Below are positions 9,343 to 18,869 of a stretch of 50,164 nt of DNA, in pieces. Position 1 is the stretch's first letter. Each line of letters begins with the position of its first letter. The notes below the pieces were generated by a model, which saw only the letters and a program-made list of their open reading frames with translations, did not search any database and was not told the DNA's origin. A program made the translations under genes and the position numbers. The stretch lies in the IMG/VR virus record IMGVR_UViG_3300027516_000001, positions 1-50,164 of that record; one strand, written 5' to 3'. This DNA comes from a virus. Its lineage: Duplodnaviria; Caudoviricetes.

Positions 9343-12103
9343 TGCTGCGCGTTTTCTAGGCCCGATTGAAGCTGACGTTCAAGCGTTTCATAAACAACAA
9401 ACTGAAATTAGCAAATATGCCGACTTCGATGCTTATGACAAAGAGGTAAAGAAAGTTATGCTTAAAGATACGAAATTAGATCCATTTAGAGTTCCAGCGT
9501 ATGACGGTCTTATGAATTCTCTTCATAGGTGGAAAGTTATAGCATCTTCTACTGGTAAAATGACTCCAGATCAAAAAAGAGAAGTAGCTTCAAATTATTT
9601 TAATAAAGTAATAGTACCAATGTATCAAAGAATGGGATCTCAGCCTCCCTCTGAGAAGGTTTGGCAAGAGCAAGCGTATGATAGAGCTTTAAAATGGAAT
9701 TTAGACGATGCGTATGATAATAATTGGAGTAGAGGTTATTATGAAGGCTTTAGACAATATGAAAATGCGATGAAGCTGGGTGTATCCTTTTTAGGAGGCA
9801 TGGCGAAAGATTACTTTTCACTCTTTCCTTCAGGTATTCCTAAAGGTCAAGGTGTAAGAGAACACTATGAAGAGGAGGCGCGTAAAATTCCCGTAGTTGG
9901 TGGTTTCATGAAGTCATTAGATCGCTCTATTTCTCAAGATACATTCTGGCATGATATTCAACCTAATCATGGATGGGGAGATAAAGCTCAATCTCTTATT
10001 GCTGAGCAAACAATGATGCTTCCATTGTATTTCGCATCTGGAGGATTCGCGGGTGGTATAATGGAAGGATTAGGTACAGGAGGAGGTTTGACTGCGAAAC
10101 TTCTTGCGAATCCTGCTGGTAAACTCGCTGGTCATTTACTTGCGAATGGTACGGAAGGTGCAGCTTATGGTTACGCGATGGCTAATGACGATGATAAAAA
10201 AGATTGGTGGAGAATGGCTATAGCTCAAGCAGTGTTTGGTACTGCTATACATTTTGGATTTGGAGGAGTTGGTAAAGTTTTTAAAAGTATAACTTCATCT
10301 TCAGCATCTAAAAAAGCTGCGGCAGATGTTTTACAAAAAGGATTAAAAGACGCTGACTCTGGCGATCTTAAAGAGAATCTTATACGTAGTTTAGGTGGTA
10401 TAATGGCCGCTGGAGGTAGACCAGCAGCACATGAGTGGATTGATGCAGCTATGAATTTTGCAAGACATACAGAACATCTATCAGATCAAGATTATGGGCA
10501 AGCTGTACAAAATGCTATAAAGGAAGATCCTGCGCGAAATCATGGCGTAACTACGATAGGTACATATATAAAGAAATATGTAAAAGAGCATTTTGATGGA
10601 AGAAGTTTTGATAACTTAACAGGATTAGAGAAGCATGAGTTAGAGGTTCATGTTGGTTCTTTAATAGAAGAAGCAGGAAATAGAGTTCCTGAGACAGTAC
10701 AAAGTGTTGCTAAACAAGCTGGAACTGACGCTGTAGAGAGTACTAAGAATGGAAAAAATCCTAACGGAGCGAAGCAAATAGCTGAAAGAGCTAATGAAAT
10801 TCATCAAGAGAATGTAAAAAATGGAATGCCAGATACTCCTGAAAATAAAGCTAGAGCGCAGAAGATGGCTGAAATGGAGTATGCAGAAAAGAATGCAAAA
10901 GCTGCTGCTAGAGCAGCGAAGGCTAATGCTGCAAAGCCTGTAAAAGAGGCTCAAGATATAAATGCGCGAAAGAACGGGGCATCTTATCCTAAAGATACTC
11001 CAATTGGAATTCGCGTAAGTAAGCCTAAGTATGGGCATGGTGGAGTTAATTATGATCTTGAGTTTGAAGATCCTAGAGATAAAGCCGCATATATAATTGG
11101 AAATAGAGGCAAAAGTGCTGCGCATGATTCTATTGCAGAGTGGTATACTAGAAGTGGACCTATAACTGAAGCTGAAGCGCATTCGCAGAGAATTAAAGAT
11201 TTTATTGCGAAAGCAATTAAAAAAGGAGCTAATCCTGATGAACCTATTAAGATTCCTAAGATTGGTGCGAATGCTGAAGTTAAAGTAAAACCAAAACCTA
11301 CAACATCTGCTTCATCTCGCGTGGCTCCTACGGTATCTTATAGAACTACTTCTCGCGTATCTAAAACAGGAGAAAGAAGTGTCTCTTTTAACACGCAGCA
11401 CTCTTGGATTGTTTACGCTAAGAAAGCTGTAAAAGAGGCTGGATTAAAATGGAATAATGAAGATATCCAAAAATGGCTCTATGAGATGGTTGATAATGAT
11501 CCTAGAGAATTCGCGAAGGATCTCCATGAGCATTTTTATCCAAAAGATTTGAAAGATCAAGGAATTTGGTTTGAATCTCAGAGTACTCCTACATTAGGAA
11601 AAGAAGATCCAAACTTCTTAGCGTTTATGTATAATTATACCGATCAAATGCCAAAAGAGTTCGCTGAAGCTCTTTCTTATGCTATTGAAGAAACTGCCAA
11701 GTTTGAAAAGAATATGGAAGGAACTGTATCTACGGATCTTCAGAAGAATGAATATGCAAAGAATGTATGGAATCATGTTGCTGAAATGATCCATCATCCT
11801 AAATTTACTTCTGGAGAGGAAGCGAACATTTATAGAAGTTCTTATCCAAACATGCGTACTCCATCGAAATGGCAGGGATCTAAAACTCTTGCGGAAATTG
11901 AAGACAATGAGCGTAATATGATTAAGGAAATGTTCAAAGGTAATCCTACGGCAGGAAAAGCGGCTATGGCAGCATATGAAGCTGCTGCTTCAAGTAGAAG
12001 ATCTGCTATTAAATTGAAAGATCCAGAAGCTAGAAAAGCTGCGAATTTCGCAATTGATGACGTTCTTGTAAGTACTGGAGAAAGGGAGAGGATGGAATTT
12101 TAA
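9188..12103 (+). CDS. Large putative ejection/internal virion protein
   Basis: 971 aa, helical with Gly/Ala hydrophobic segments; strong RBS AGGAGGT at 9174-9180. Confidence 0.6.
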   Translation: MPQDQMTIVTPEGRGISTVPIAGSTPLSPIQMPPEELAEPKQEISTSGTSISAARFLGPIEADVQAFHKQQTEISKYADFDAYDKEVKKVMLKDTKLDPFRVPAYDGLMNSLHRWKVIASSTGKMTPDQKREVASNYFNKVIVPMYQRMGSQPPSEKVWQEQAYDRALKWNLDDAYDNNWSRGYYEGFRQYENAMKLGVSFLGGMAKDYFSLFPSGIPKGQGVREHYEEEARKIPVVGGFMKSLDRSISQDTFWHDIQPNHGWGDKAQSLIAEQTMMLPLYFASGGFAGGIMEGLGTGGGLTAKLLANPAGKLAGHLLANGTEGAAYGYAMANDDDKKDWWRMAIAQAVFGTAIHFGFGGVGKVFKSITSSSASKKAAADVLQKGLKDADSGDLKENLIRSLGGIMAAGGRPAAHEWIDAAMNFARHTEHLSDQDYGQAVQNAIKEDPARNHGVTTIGTYIKKYVKEHFDGRSFDNLTGLEKHELEVHVGSLIEEAGNRVPETVQSVAKQAGTDAVESTKNGKNPNGAKQIAERANEIHQENVKNGMPDTPENKARAQKMAEMEYAEKNAKAAARAAKANAAKPVKEAQDINARKNGASYPKDTPIGIRVSKPKYGHGGVNYDLEFEDPRDKAAYIIGNRGKSAAHDSIAEWYTRSGPITEAEAHSQRIKDFIAKAIKKGANPDEPIKIPKIGANAEVKVKPKPTTSASSRVAPTVSYRTTSRVSKTGERSVSFNTQHSWIVYAKKAVKEAGLKWNNEDIQKWLYEMVDNDPREFAKDLHEHFYPKDLKDQGIWFESQSTPTLGKEDPNFLAFMYNYTDQMPKEFAEALSYAIEETAKFEKNMEGTVSTDLQKNEYAKNVWNHVAEMIHHPKFTSGEEANIYRSSYPNMRTPSKWQGSKTLAEIEDNERNMIKEMFKGNPTAGKAAMAAYEAAASSRRSAIKLKDPEARKAANFAIDDVLVSTGERERMEF

Positions 12104-14055
12104 TGGGTGGAGCAATAGCAGATGCGTTTAGCTCTCTTCTAAAGGGATTAGGTCCAGCGGTTAAAGAAGTAGCTACTGGCGAAAGTAAAGAATTCCCTGA
12201 GATGATGCAGAAGATTCCCCTAGGACGTAAAAGTTCTATGTGGGATGTTACTGGTGCTATGGATGATGTATTTAGAACTGGAGGTGATAAGGGAGTTAAA
12301 ATTCAACAAATGCATAGTCAATGGCAAGTGGCTAGAGCGCAAGCTCAAAAGAAGCTTCAAGCTCCTATTACTCAAATTTCTGATGCTATAGCGGAAGATA
12401 ATAATTTAAGTTCTAAGGTAAGTTTGAACTCTAAACTTGGCGATATCCATGCAACGATGAAAGCTCAAAATCATCCATTAACAAACGTAGCAGGTAGCTT
12501 AGCTGGTCCTACTGGAGATGGATTCTTAAAGACTCTTGAGCAACATTCTACTGGCGTTATTTCTCAAGCTAGAATGCAAGCATCTGCTCAAATATATGGA
12601 GATAAAATGCAGAATCTATTTCCACATATTATAGATGCTTTTGATTCAAAAGATCCTCTTCAAGAAACATGGGCGAGAACTGTATTAAATGTTATATCTC
12701 GCGAAACGCATGATAATACTCAAGTATTTAATCCTATCTTAGATACTACGCACGAGGTTTCTGGAGTAAAGAGCCAGATTCAAAAAGCAATTAAAAGAGA
12801 AAATCTCATGCGTGAAAAACTTGGAGAGGATAGACCTCAACTTCCAGCAATTGACGTATCGCGTACTTACATCTCTGCGGGAACGATGGAATATCGTATA
12901 AATAATATTCTTCGCGCAGTTCAGTTACCTTTTGTGGCTTTAAAGCACATTTCTCAAATTGGAAATCTCTCAAGTATTCCAGCGCCAATGCTTATTAAGG
13001 GATTGCTTAGTATGGGGGATGAGGAATTTAAAACTCATCTTGATATATCAGCAATTCTTGCTTATACAGATCATGATATGATGGATAAGCAAATAAGAGG
13101 AAGATTTGGTTTAATATCTAAGATAACAGGAAATCCCACCGCAGGTGATTTATTCTACAGATCTTATCACATGCCACTCTTTAATTATGTTCGTGCTCGT
13201 CAATTAACTATGGCTGCATCTGTAGGATATCATTCTGCTAATGTATGGGCAAAGCAACTCCTTGAAGGAAATAAGAGAGCTTTAGAAGAAATTAAAGAAA
13301 TGGGATTAGATCCAGAGCAAATTTTAAAGCAAAAGGGAATTCTTACAAACGAGCAAAAAACTCAAGCAATGTTTCAATTTGTAAATAATCGCTTCTTTAT
13401 GGATAAGAGCATAGAGCGTTCTATGGCTGCATCTTCTCATCCTATTTTACGCTCTGCTACTATGTATCATACATTTATAAATGCACAACAACGCTTTATG
13501 CGTAGAGAACTTGCGAAGATGGTTAGAGCTAGAGACTTCGTTGGAATAGGTCAGTTCGCAGGAACTATAGGAGTTTTATATCCTATGGTAGCTCCTATGC
13601 TTAAATCTCTCGAAGTTTTTGGACGCACTTTTAGTCCAACTCAAGCAGGGAGAAGTGCAAGAGAAGATTATGATAAGTTAATTAATGGTTCCTTTGGAGA
13701 TAGAGCAGGTACTTATCTTGATCTTCTAGCGCATTATGGTTCTTTAGGAATATATAATGGATATTTAAATGCAGCTAAGACAGATCGTTTTGCATATCAA
13801 TTACTAGGTCCAAACATAGCTGTTGGAGCAAGGTTTGCTGGAGATGCTCTTAAATCTGCTTTAGTTACAAATCAAGCAGGAAAGCATAATCTTGCTCCTC
13901 CAGTGCGCGATTTGCTTGAGCTGGTTCCTATTATTGGAAGTCCTATTGCTCACAAAGTTGCTCCTACTCTTAAAGAGCAGAAAGATGAATCTGGGCGATT
14001 ACCAAGACCTCATCGTCCTTCACGTCGTCAATCAGGCAATTTCTGGGAATTTTAA
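12103..14055 (+). CDS. Putative ejection/internal virion protein
   Basis: 650 aa helical protein with C-terminal LLGP....G...LLELVPIIG typical of large podophage ejection proteins; TAATG coupling. Confidence 0.6.
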   Translation: MGGAIADAFSSLLKGLGPAVKEVATGESKEFPEMMQKIPLGRKSSMWDVTGAMDDVFRTGGDKGVKIQQMHSQWQVARAQAQKKLQAPITQISDAIAEDNNLSSKVSLNSKLGDIHATMKAQNHPLTNVAGSLAGPTGDGFLKTLEQHSTGVISQARMQASAQIYGDKMQNLFPHIIDAFDSKDPLQETWARTVLNVISRETHDNTQVFNPILDTTHEVSGVKSQIQKAIKRENLMREKLGEDRPQLPAIDVSRTYISAGTMEYRINNILRAVQLPFVALKHISQIGNLSSIPAPMLIKGLLSMGDEEFKTHLDISAILAYTDHDMMDKQIRGRFGLISKITGNPTAGDLFYRSYHMPLFNYVRARQLTMAASVGYHSANVWAKQLLEGNKRALEEIKEMGLDPEQILKQKGILTNEQKTQAMFQFVNNRFFMDKSIERSMAASSHPILRSATMYHTFINAQQRFMRRELAKMVRARDFVGIGQFAGTIGVLYPMVAPMLKSLEVFGRTFSPTQAGRSAREDYDKLINGSFGDRAGTYLDLLAHYGSLGIYNGYLNAAKTDRFAYQLLGPNIAVGARFAGDALKSALVTNQAGKHNLAPPVRDLLELVPIIGSPIAHKVAPTLKEQKDESGRLPRPHRPSRRQSGNFWEF

Positions 14056-14069
14056 CTAAGGAGATAATC

Positions 14070-14234
14070 ATGAGTGGACAAAGCGCAAATCTTACTCTCG
14101 CAGAGGCAAAGGCCATGCAAGAGTGTGTTCAAGCTTCAGGTTCTCATGCTTCCAATAATGGAGGCTCTAAAAAGGGCGGGGGATCTAAGAAAGGAGGTAC
14201 ACCTCTTGATTCAAAAGTAGCACATCAGGGGTAA
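14070..14234 (+). CDS. 54-aa Gly/Ser/Lys-rich peptide (not in ORF track): MSGQSANLTLAEAKAMQECVQASGSHASNNGGSKKGGGSKKGGTPLDSKVAHQG
   Basis: Translated by hand; RBS TAAGGAG 6 nt upstream; fills the gap exactly and ends 7 nt before the ATP-grasp gene. Confidence 0.75.
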   Translation: MSGQSANLTLAEAKAMQECVQASGSHASNNGGSKKGGGSKKGGTPLDSKVAHQG

Positions 14235-14241
14235 TAAGACA

Positions 14242-15546
14242 ATGCGGATAGCACTATCTTCGTATACTGGTTTAGGAGCATGGTTTGTCCTTCGTTTACT
14301 CTCGGAAGGACATGATGTGGATTATTTTCTTTCTAAATCAGAATACGGAGATGTGCTATCTGGCATTATTCCGAAGCCTAAAGTTTTAAGCATTGACCAC
14401 CGTAGAACTCTACAAGGATTTGGTTATGCATCTTACGCAGGATATGACCTCTCGATATTTGATCTTACGGGAAAAGCTAGACAAGCGGATTCTTCAAAAG
14501 GAGAATGTCCTACCTTTGGAGATGGAACGTTTGAATGCTTACTCGAAGATGATAGAGAAGCAGGGATCAAGTTCATGGAAACCTGTGATATCAAAACGCC
14601 ACCATACCAGAGATTCGATAAGGCTTCAGACGCTAAGAGTTTCATTAGAAAAACTGACAAAAGATATGTCTTCAAGCCCTTTACTCCGAGTGGCAGTACT
14701 CAAGATACTTCTACGACGTATGTATCCAAAGATGCAGAGGATATGATAAAGAACATAGATAATCTCTGCGCAGATGCTAAAGGGATGCCCTTTATCCTAC
14801 AAGAGTATATTAAAGGAATTGAACTCTCAGTTGAAGGATGGTTTAATGGAGAAGATTTCTTCCAAGTTACATGCGATATAGAAGAAAAGAAATTCATGAA
14901 CGATTGCAAGGGACCGAATACGGGATGTTCTGGAAATTTGATCTTCGCGATACATCAAGATATGCATATATATAAGGATACGCTTTTAAAGGCGAAGCCT
15001 CTTTTGCAAAAGATTGGATTCAAAGGAGTTATAGATGTCAATTCGATTGTTACTTCAGGGGAAGCTTATTCGCTTGAATGGGGACCAAGGTTTGGTTATC
15101 TATGTTGCCCTGTGTTTAGTAATATGTATGGCTCTGGTTTTGGAGATTTTCTTCATGCTATTGCATCGGGGAAAACTCCAAACACAAAATGGGCAGCATC
15201 CTTTGGAGCAGCAGTTACTATATCAGTACCCCCATATCCAACAGAAATACGTATGCCTAAAGCAAAGGATCTTCCTATAGAAGGAATTGATCCATATAAC
15301 TTAGATGAACTCCTAAATTGTTATCTCTATGACGCGAAATTAAATGGAAAAGGATTGATTACATCTGGTAATTATGGCTATATAGGCGCTCCTATAGGAG
15401 TTGGAGACTCTATAACAGAAGCGTTCATTAAATGTGATCGGCTTCTTGAACGAATTCAGATTCCTAATATGCAATATAGAACAGATATAGAGAAAGTGTG
15501 TTCAAAGAAATTCTATGATCTTGAGAGGGATGGGTGGTTCTCATGA
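14242..15546 (+). CDS. Divergent PurD (GAR synthetase)-like ATP-grasp ligase
   Basis: FILQEYIKGIELS, KKFMNDCKGPNTGCSG, LEWGPRFG, PPYP and YRTDI align with PurD motifs; lacks GxGGREH and EFNxRFGDPE. Confidence 0.85.
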   Translation: MRIALSSYTGLGAWFVLRLLSEGHDVDYFLSKSEYGDVLSGIIPKPKVLSIDHRRTLQGFGYASYAGYDLSIFDLTGKARQADSSKGECPTFGDGTFECLLEDDREAGIKFMETCDIKTPPYQRFDKASDAKSFIRKTDKRYVFKPFTPSGSTQDTSTTYVSKDAEDMIKNIDNLCADAKGMPFILQEYIKGIELSVEGWFNGEDFFQVTCDIEEKKFMNDCKGPNTGCSGNLIFAIHQDMHIYKDTLLKAKPLLQKIGFKGVIDVNSIVTSGEAYSLEWGPRFGYLCCPVFSNMYGSGFGDFLHAIASGKTPNTKWAASFGAAVTISVPPYPTEIRMPKAKDLPIEGIDPYNLDELLNCYLYDAKLNGKGLITSGNYGYIGAPIGVGDSITEAFIKCDRLLERIQIPNMQYRTDIEKVCSKKFYDLERDGWFS

Positions 15547-18422
15547 AACTTCGTTATCTTCTTCTTTTGCTTTTTGCGACTCAAGCGTTAGCTCAGAGTG
15601 CTACTATCTCTGGCACTGTTACGGATACAGATAGTCAATTATGGTTTGGTGGAACATGGGGATATGAATTTTATCCTAATCCATCGTATCCGAACTTGAG
15701 TTCTTATTATGTTGGAAATGTTCCTTTAAGTACGTATTATACTAAACCTATTACAGGGCAAATGGATGCTACGCTTGGAACATTTACAATGAATAATTTG
15801 ATTCAAAATAATCTTATATCTCCTTCAGGTTCTCAGTGGACTTTGAAGTTCTGTCCTCAAGCATCCTCTGGATGTGGATCATTTCTTATAACAATGAATG
15901 TTCCATCCATAACAGGATCAACAATAATCAATGGAATTACATTTAATGCTCTCATTACTTCTCGAATTACAGCGCCTCGCTTTGAAGCCGTAGCTGGAGC
16001 TTTTGGTTATAGCGATCTAGAAGCGTCAGGTGGAAATCAATTAGTAGCTGGCTCTACGTATTGGAATGTTACGCAAGCTTGTCAGAGATATTATGTAGCG
16101 TTTCCTCCAGGATGGAGTTGTGGAGGTGGAGGAGGTAGCAGCGGGACCGTATCCGGGCAGGCTGCGAACACCATTCCTCTTGGCACCAGTTCAACCGTAA
16201 TCGGAAATCAGTCGCACATAACAGACAATGGCGCCACCGTAGCCTCGTCGGAGCCTTTGACCGCGCCTAGCATGACCGGGGCTCATTACGATACAGGCGG
16301 CGCGGTCTTCAATGTCAAGGCATATGGAGCGACCGGCAACGGATCGACAGACGATACTTCATCTATAAATGCGGCCATTGCTGCACTGAACACGGCTGGA
16401 CGAGGTGCCCTTTTCTTCCCGGAAGGCACCTACTACACTGCGGCCTGTAACTTCACCACCATTTCGGCTCAGGTCACGATTTTTGGAGTTGGGGCCAGTA
16501 ACGAGTGGTACTCGTCACCTAATTCCCAGATCAATTGTGCTTCGACAACTGCGAACCTGTTCACGCTGGCGGGATACGCCAACACTGTCAGAGACATGGG
16601 ATTCCACAATACGAACGGCGGCACCATCGGAACCTCGACTGCCGGAGCGGCTATCTATGTCGTGACCACAAATCCGTTAGGTAGAACTAACATCGAGAAT
16701 AGTTCCTTTTACGGGTTTTATGACGGCGTCTATGAGTCAGTCGGCTCTGCCTGGCACATCACTGGAAATCACTTTCTAAACCAGACCAGGTACTGTGTCA
16801 ATGTTAATAACACCGTGGTTACCGATGACGGGGACTGGGTCATCGCACAGAACTACTTCGGAAACACGACTAACTCGAGCAGTCCCACTCAGGCCGCAAT
16901 TGCTATTCTGGGTTCCGGCGGCGCGAAGATGCATCACAACAAGATCAATGCGTGGTTCGTGGATGGAATCTATCAGAACGCGACCGGGTCTTCGCAGACT
17001 CTGATCCAGGACAACGACATCGAAAACGTCACGCGCTACGCAATTAACATGACGTCGACCTGGCCGATGGTGATGATTGAAGACAACTATATCGCTGGCG
17101 CGGCGAACGAGCCGGATATCTACTTCGGGGCCATCGTTGGGAACGTGATTATCACCGGCAACTTGCTGGAGACCTATGCCACGGGAGCGATGACTCAATA
17201 CGCGGTTCAGTTCCCCAGCGCCGGAATGACTTTTACCGCAGTAACAAACAACGTCGTGAACGCTTTTTTTGCTGGTCAGGTGAACTACGGAACATACGCC
17301 ACGCCTCCATATCTTCAAATTGGCTGCGGAGACTCAAGTTGTAATGATTCGCCCACTCTCAGGCTGTACAGCCAGGTGACCGGCTCCTCTTTCTATAGTC
17401 AAATCGTTTCTTCGTGGGCTGGTAACGGTCTTACTTTCAACCTGCCGCGCACTCTCAGCGGCAAAGGATACCACTTCCAGGACAGCGGAACGACAGACTT
17501 ATTTGTTATTGACAGCGCCTCTGGCGCGGGTACATTCAAGGGCGGCATTTCCAGCCAGGCTGCCACCGAGGATGACGGTATAGGTAATGCAAGCTGGAAA
17601 GGTAACACGTTCCAGCTTGGGTGCACGGCCTCTACTTGCGGTAACAACGTTACTCTAACGTTTGGCTCATACGTCGCGGGAACTGGTGCTGTTACCAACG
17701 GTATTACTTCTAGTTGGGCTGGTGATGGTATCGACTTTACACTGCCGCGAAACCTGCAAGGCAAGGGATATTACTTCAAAAACAACGGTGGCAGCGCAAC
17801 GCCTGTATTCTTCGACGCTACTGCGCCGAACGGCAGCTTCCAGGTACAACAGACTTACGGACAGGTCAACATTGGACAGATGGAGTCCTACACGATAGGA
17901 ACGGCCATCGCTTCAGCCGCCTCGATTAGTCCTACAAATTCTGTAATACACATCACCGGCACGACGACAGTGAACACCATCAATCCTTACGGTGCTGGCG
18001 GGCAGGGTTGTTACCTCTCTGGAGAGTCGTGCAAGTTGACGCTCATTCCAGACGGAGCCTGGGCGCTTGGCACAAGCGGAAACATTGCTCAGGCCATGCA
18101 GTCGGTGGTCGGCGTCCCGATCACGCTCTATTACGACAACAACACCAGCAAATGGTATCCGGAGGGCGGGTCGAATCTTATTGCCGGTGTAGCAACGTTG
18201 GTATCTGGCACGGCTACGGTCAGTACAACATCGGCATGTGCTGTCGCCGCCGGGTCCTGCGAATATATCTTGTCACGCTGTGGTCCTAACAGTTCCACCG
18301 CAATCGGTTCGCTGTCTACGGGTACGATCACAGTCGGCACGAGCTTTGTTATTAACTCACTTTCAGCTACTAACACCGTAGCGACGGGCGACCTAAGTAC
18401 AGTCTGTTGGAAGATCAACTAA
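15543..18422 (+). CDS. Tailspike/receptor-binding protein with pectate-lyase-like beta-helix and N-terminal signal-peptide-like sequence
   Basis: FNVKAYGATGNGSTDDTSSINAAI...LFFPEGTY (Pectate_lyase_3 motif) and parallel beta-helix repeats; ATGA overlap with ligase stop. Confidence 0.85.
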   Translation: MKLRYLLLLLFATQALAQSATISGTVTDTDSQLWFGGTWGYEFYPNPSYPNLSSYYVGNVPLSTYYTKPITGQMDATLGTFTMNNLIQNNLISPSGSQWTLKFCPQASSGCGSFLITMNVPSITGSTIINGITFNALITSRITAPRFEAVAGAFGYSDLEASGGNQLVAGSTYWNVTQACQRYYVAFPPGWSCGGGGGSSGTVSGQAANTIPLGTSSTVIGNQSHITDNGATVASSEPLTAPSMTGAHYDTGGAVFNVKAYGATGNGSTDDTSSINAAIAALNTAGRGALFFPEGTYYTAACNFTTISAQVTIFGVGASNEWYSSPNSQINCASTTANLFTLAGYANTVRDMGFHNTNGGTIGTSTAGAAIYVVTTNPLGRTNIENSSFYGFYDGVYESVGSAWHITGNHFLNQTRYCVNVNNTVVTDDGDWVIAQNYFGNTTNSSSPTQAAIAILGSGGAKMHHNKINAWFVDGIYQNATGSSQTLIQDNDIENVTRYAINMTSTWPMVMIEDNYIAGAANEPDIYFGAIVGNVIITGNLLETYATGAMTQYAVQFPSAGMTFTAVTNNVVNAFFAGQVNYGTYATPPYLQIGCGDSSCNDSPTLRLYSQVTGSSFYSQIVSSWAGNGLTFNLPRTLSGKGYHFQDSGTTDLFVIDSASGAGTFKGGISSQAATEDDGIGNASWKGNTFQLGCTASTCGNNVTLTFGSYVAGTGAVTNGITSSWAGDGIDFTLPRNLQGKGYYFKNNGGSATPVFFDATAPNGSFQVQQTYGQVNIGQMESYTIGTAIASAASISPTNSVIHITGTTTVNTINPYGAGGQGCYLSGESCKLTLIPDGAWALGTSGNIAQAMQSVVGVPITLYYDNNTSKWYPEGGSNLIAGVATLVSGTATVSTTSACAVAAGSCEYILSRCGPNSSTAIGSLSTGTITVGTSFVINSLSATNTVATGDLSTVCWKIN

Positions 18423-18461
18423 GAAAGAAAGGGCTCCTGGCGAGATTGAAAGGACATTAAA

Positions 18462-18869
18462 ATGTTAGTTTTGTTCTTTTTTGTAGTAACAATGGCACAT
18501 CAGGCAAAACTTTATTATCAAAACACAGCTTGCACTACAACTACGCCTTGTCAATTACAAGTATATAGAGCAACTTGTTCTTCAAGTACGAAATGTCCTG
18601 CATTCAATTTAAACTCACCTTCGTGGAAACAATTATCCTCCGGTTCTGCTACTGCAATCATAACTACAACAGGAACTAAATGGACTGTTGTAGATAATGA
18701 TCCTGCCTTGCAAGATAACACAACGTATGCATATTGCGCTACGAATTCATTCACTTCAGCACCTACTGTGCTTTCGAATTGTGGATATGGCTGGAAAGGA
18801 ACTACTGGAGCAGCAAATGCGAACATACCATCAACTCCTACTGTGGGCACTGGCAACTCCGTTAATTAG
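18462..18869 (+). CDS. Secreted-type Cys-rich Fn3-like single-domain protein
   Basis: Hydrophobic N-terminus; CxxxxxCxLQVYRAxCxxxxxCP ... D..L...TTY.Y.ATN. Confidence 0.75.
   Translation: MLVLFFFVVTMAHQAKLYYQNTACTTTTPCQLQVYRATCSSSTKCPAFNLNSPSWKQLSSGSATAIITTTGTKWTVVDNDPALQDNTTYAYCATNSFTSAPTVLSNCGYGWKGTTGAANANIPSTPTVGTGNSVN

Noticed and set aside
14242-15546. Calling the ATP-grasp gene a purD metabolic gene
   Set aside because: Substrate-binding motifs are altered, no other pur genes are present, and it sits in the virion module.
16405-18418. Several alternative-frame and antisense ORFs within the tailspike
   Set aside because: Expected shadow ORFs of a GC-rich coding segment.
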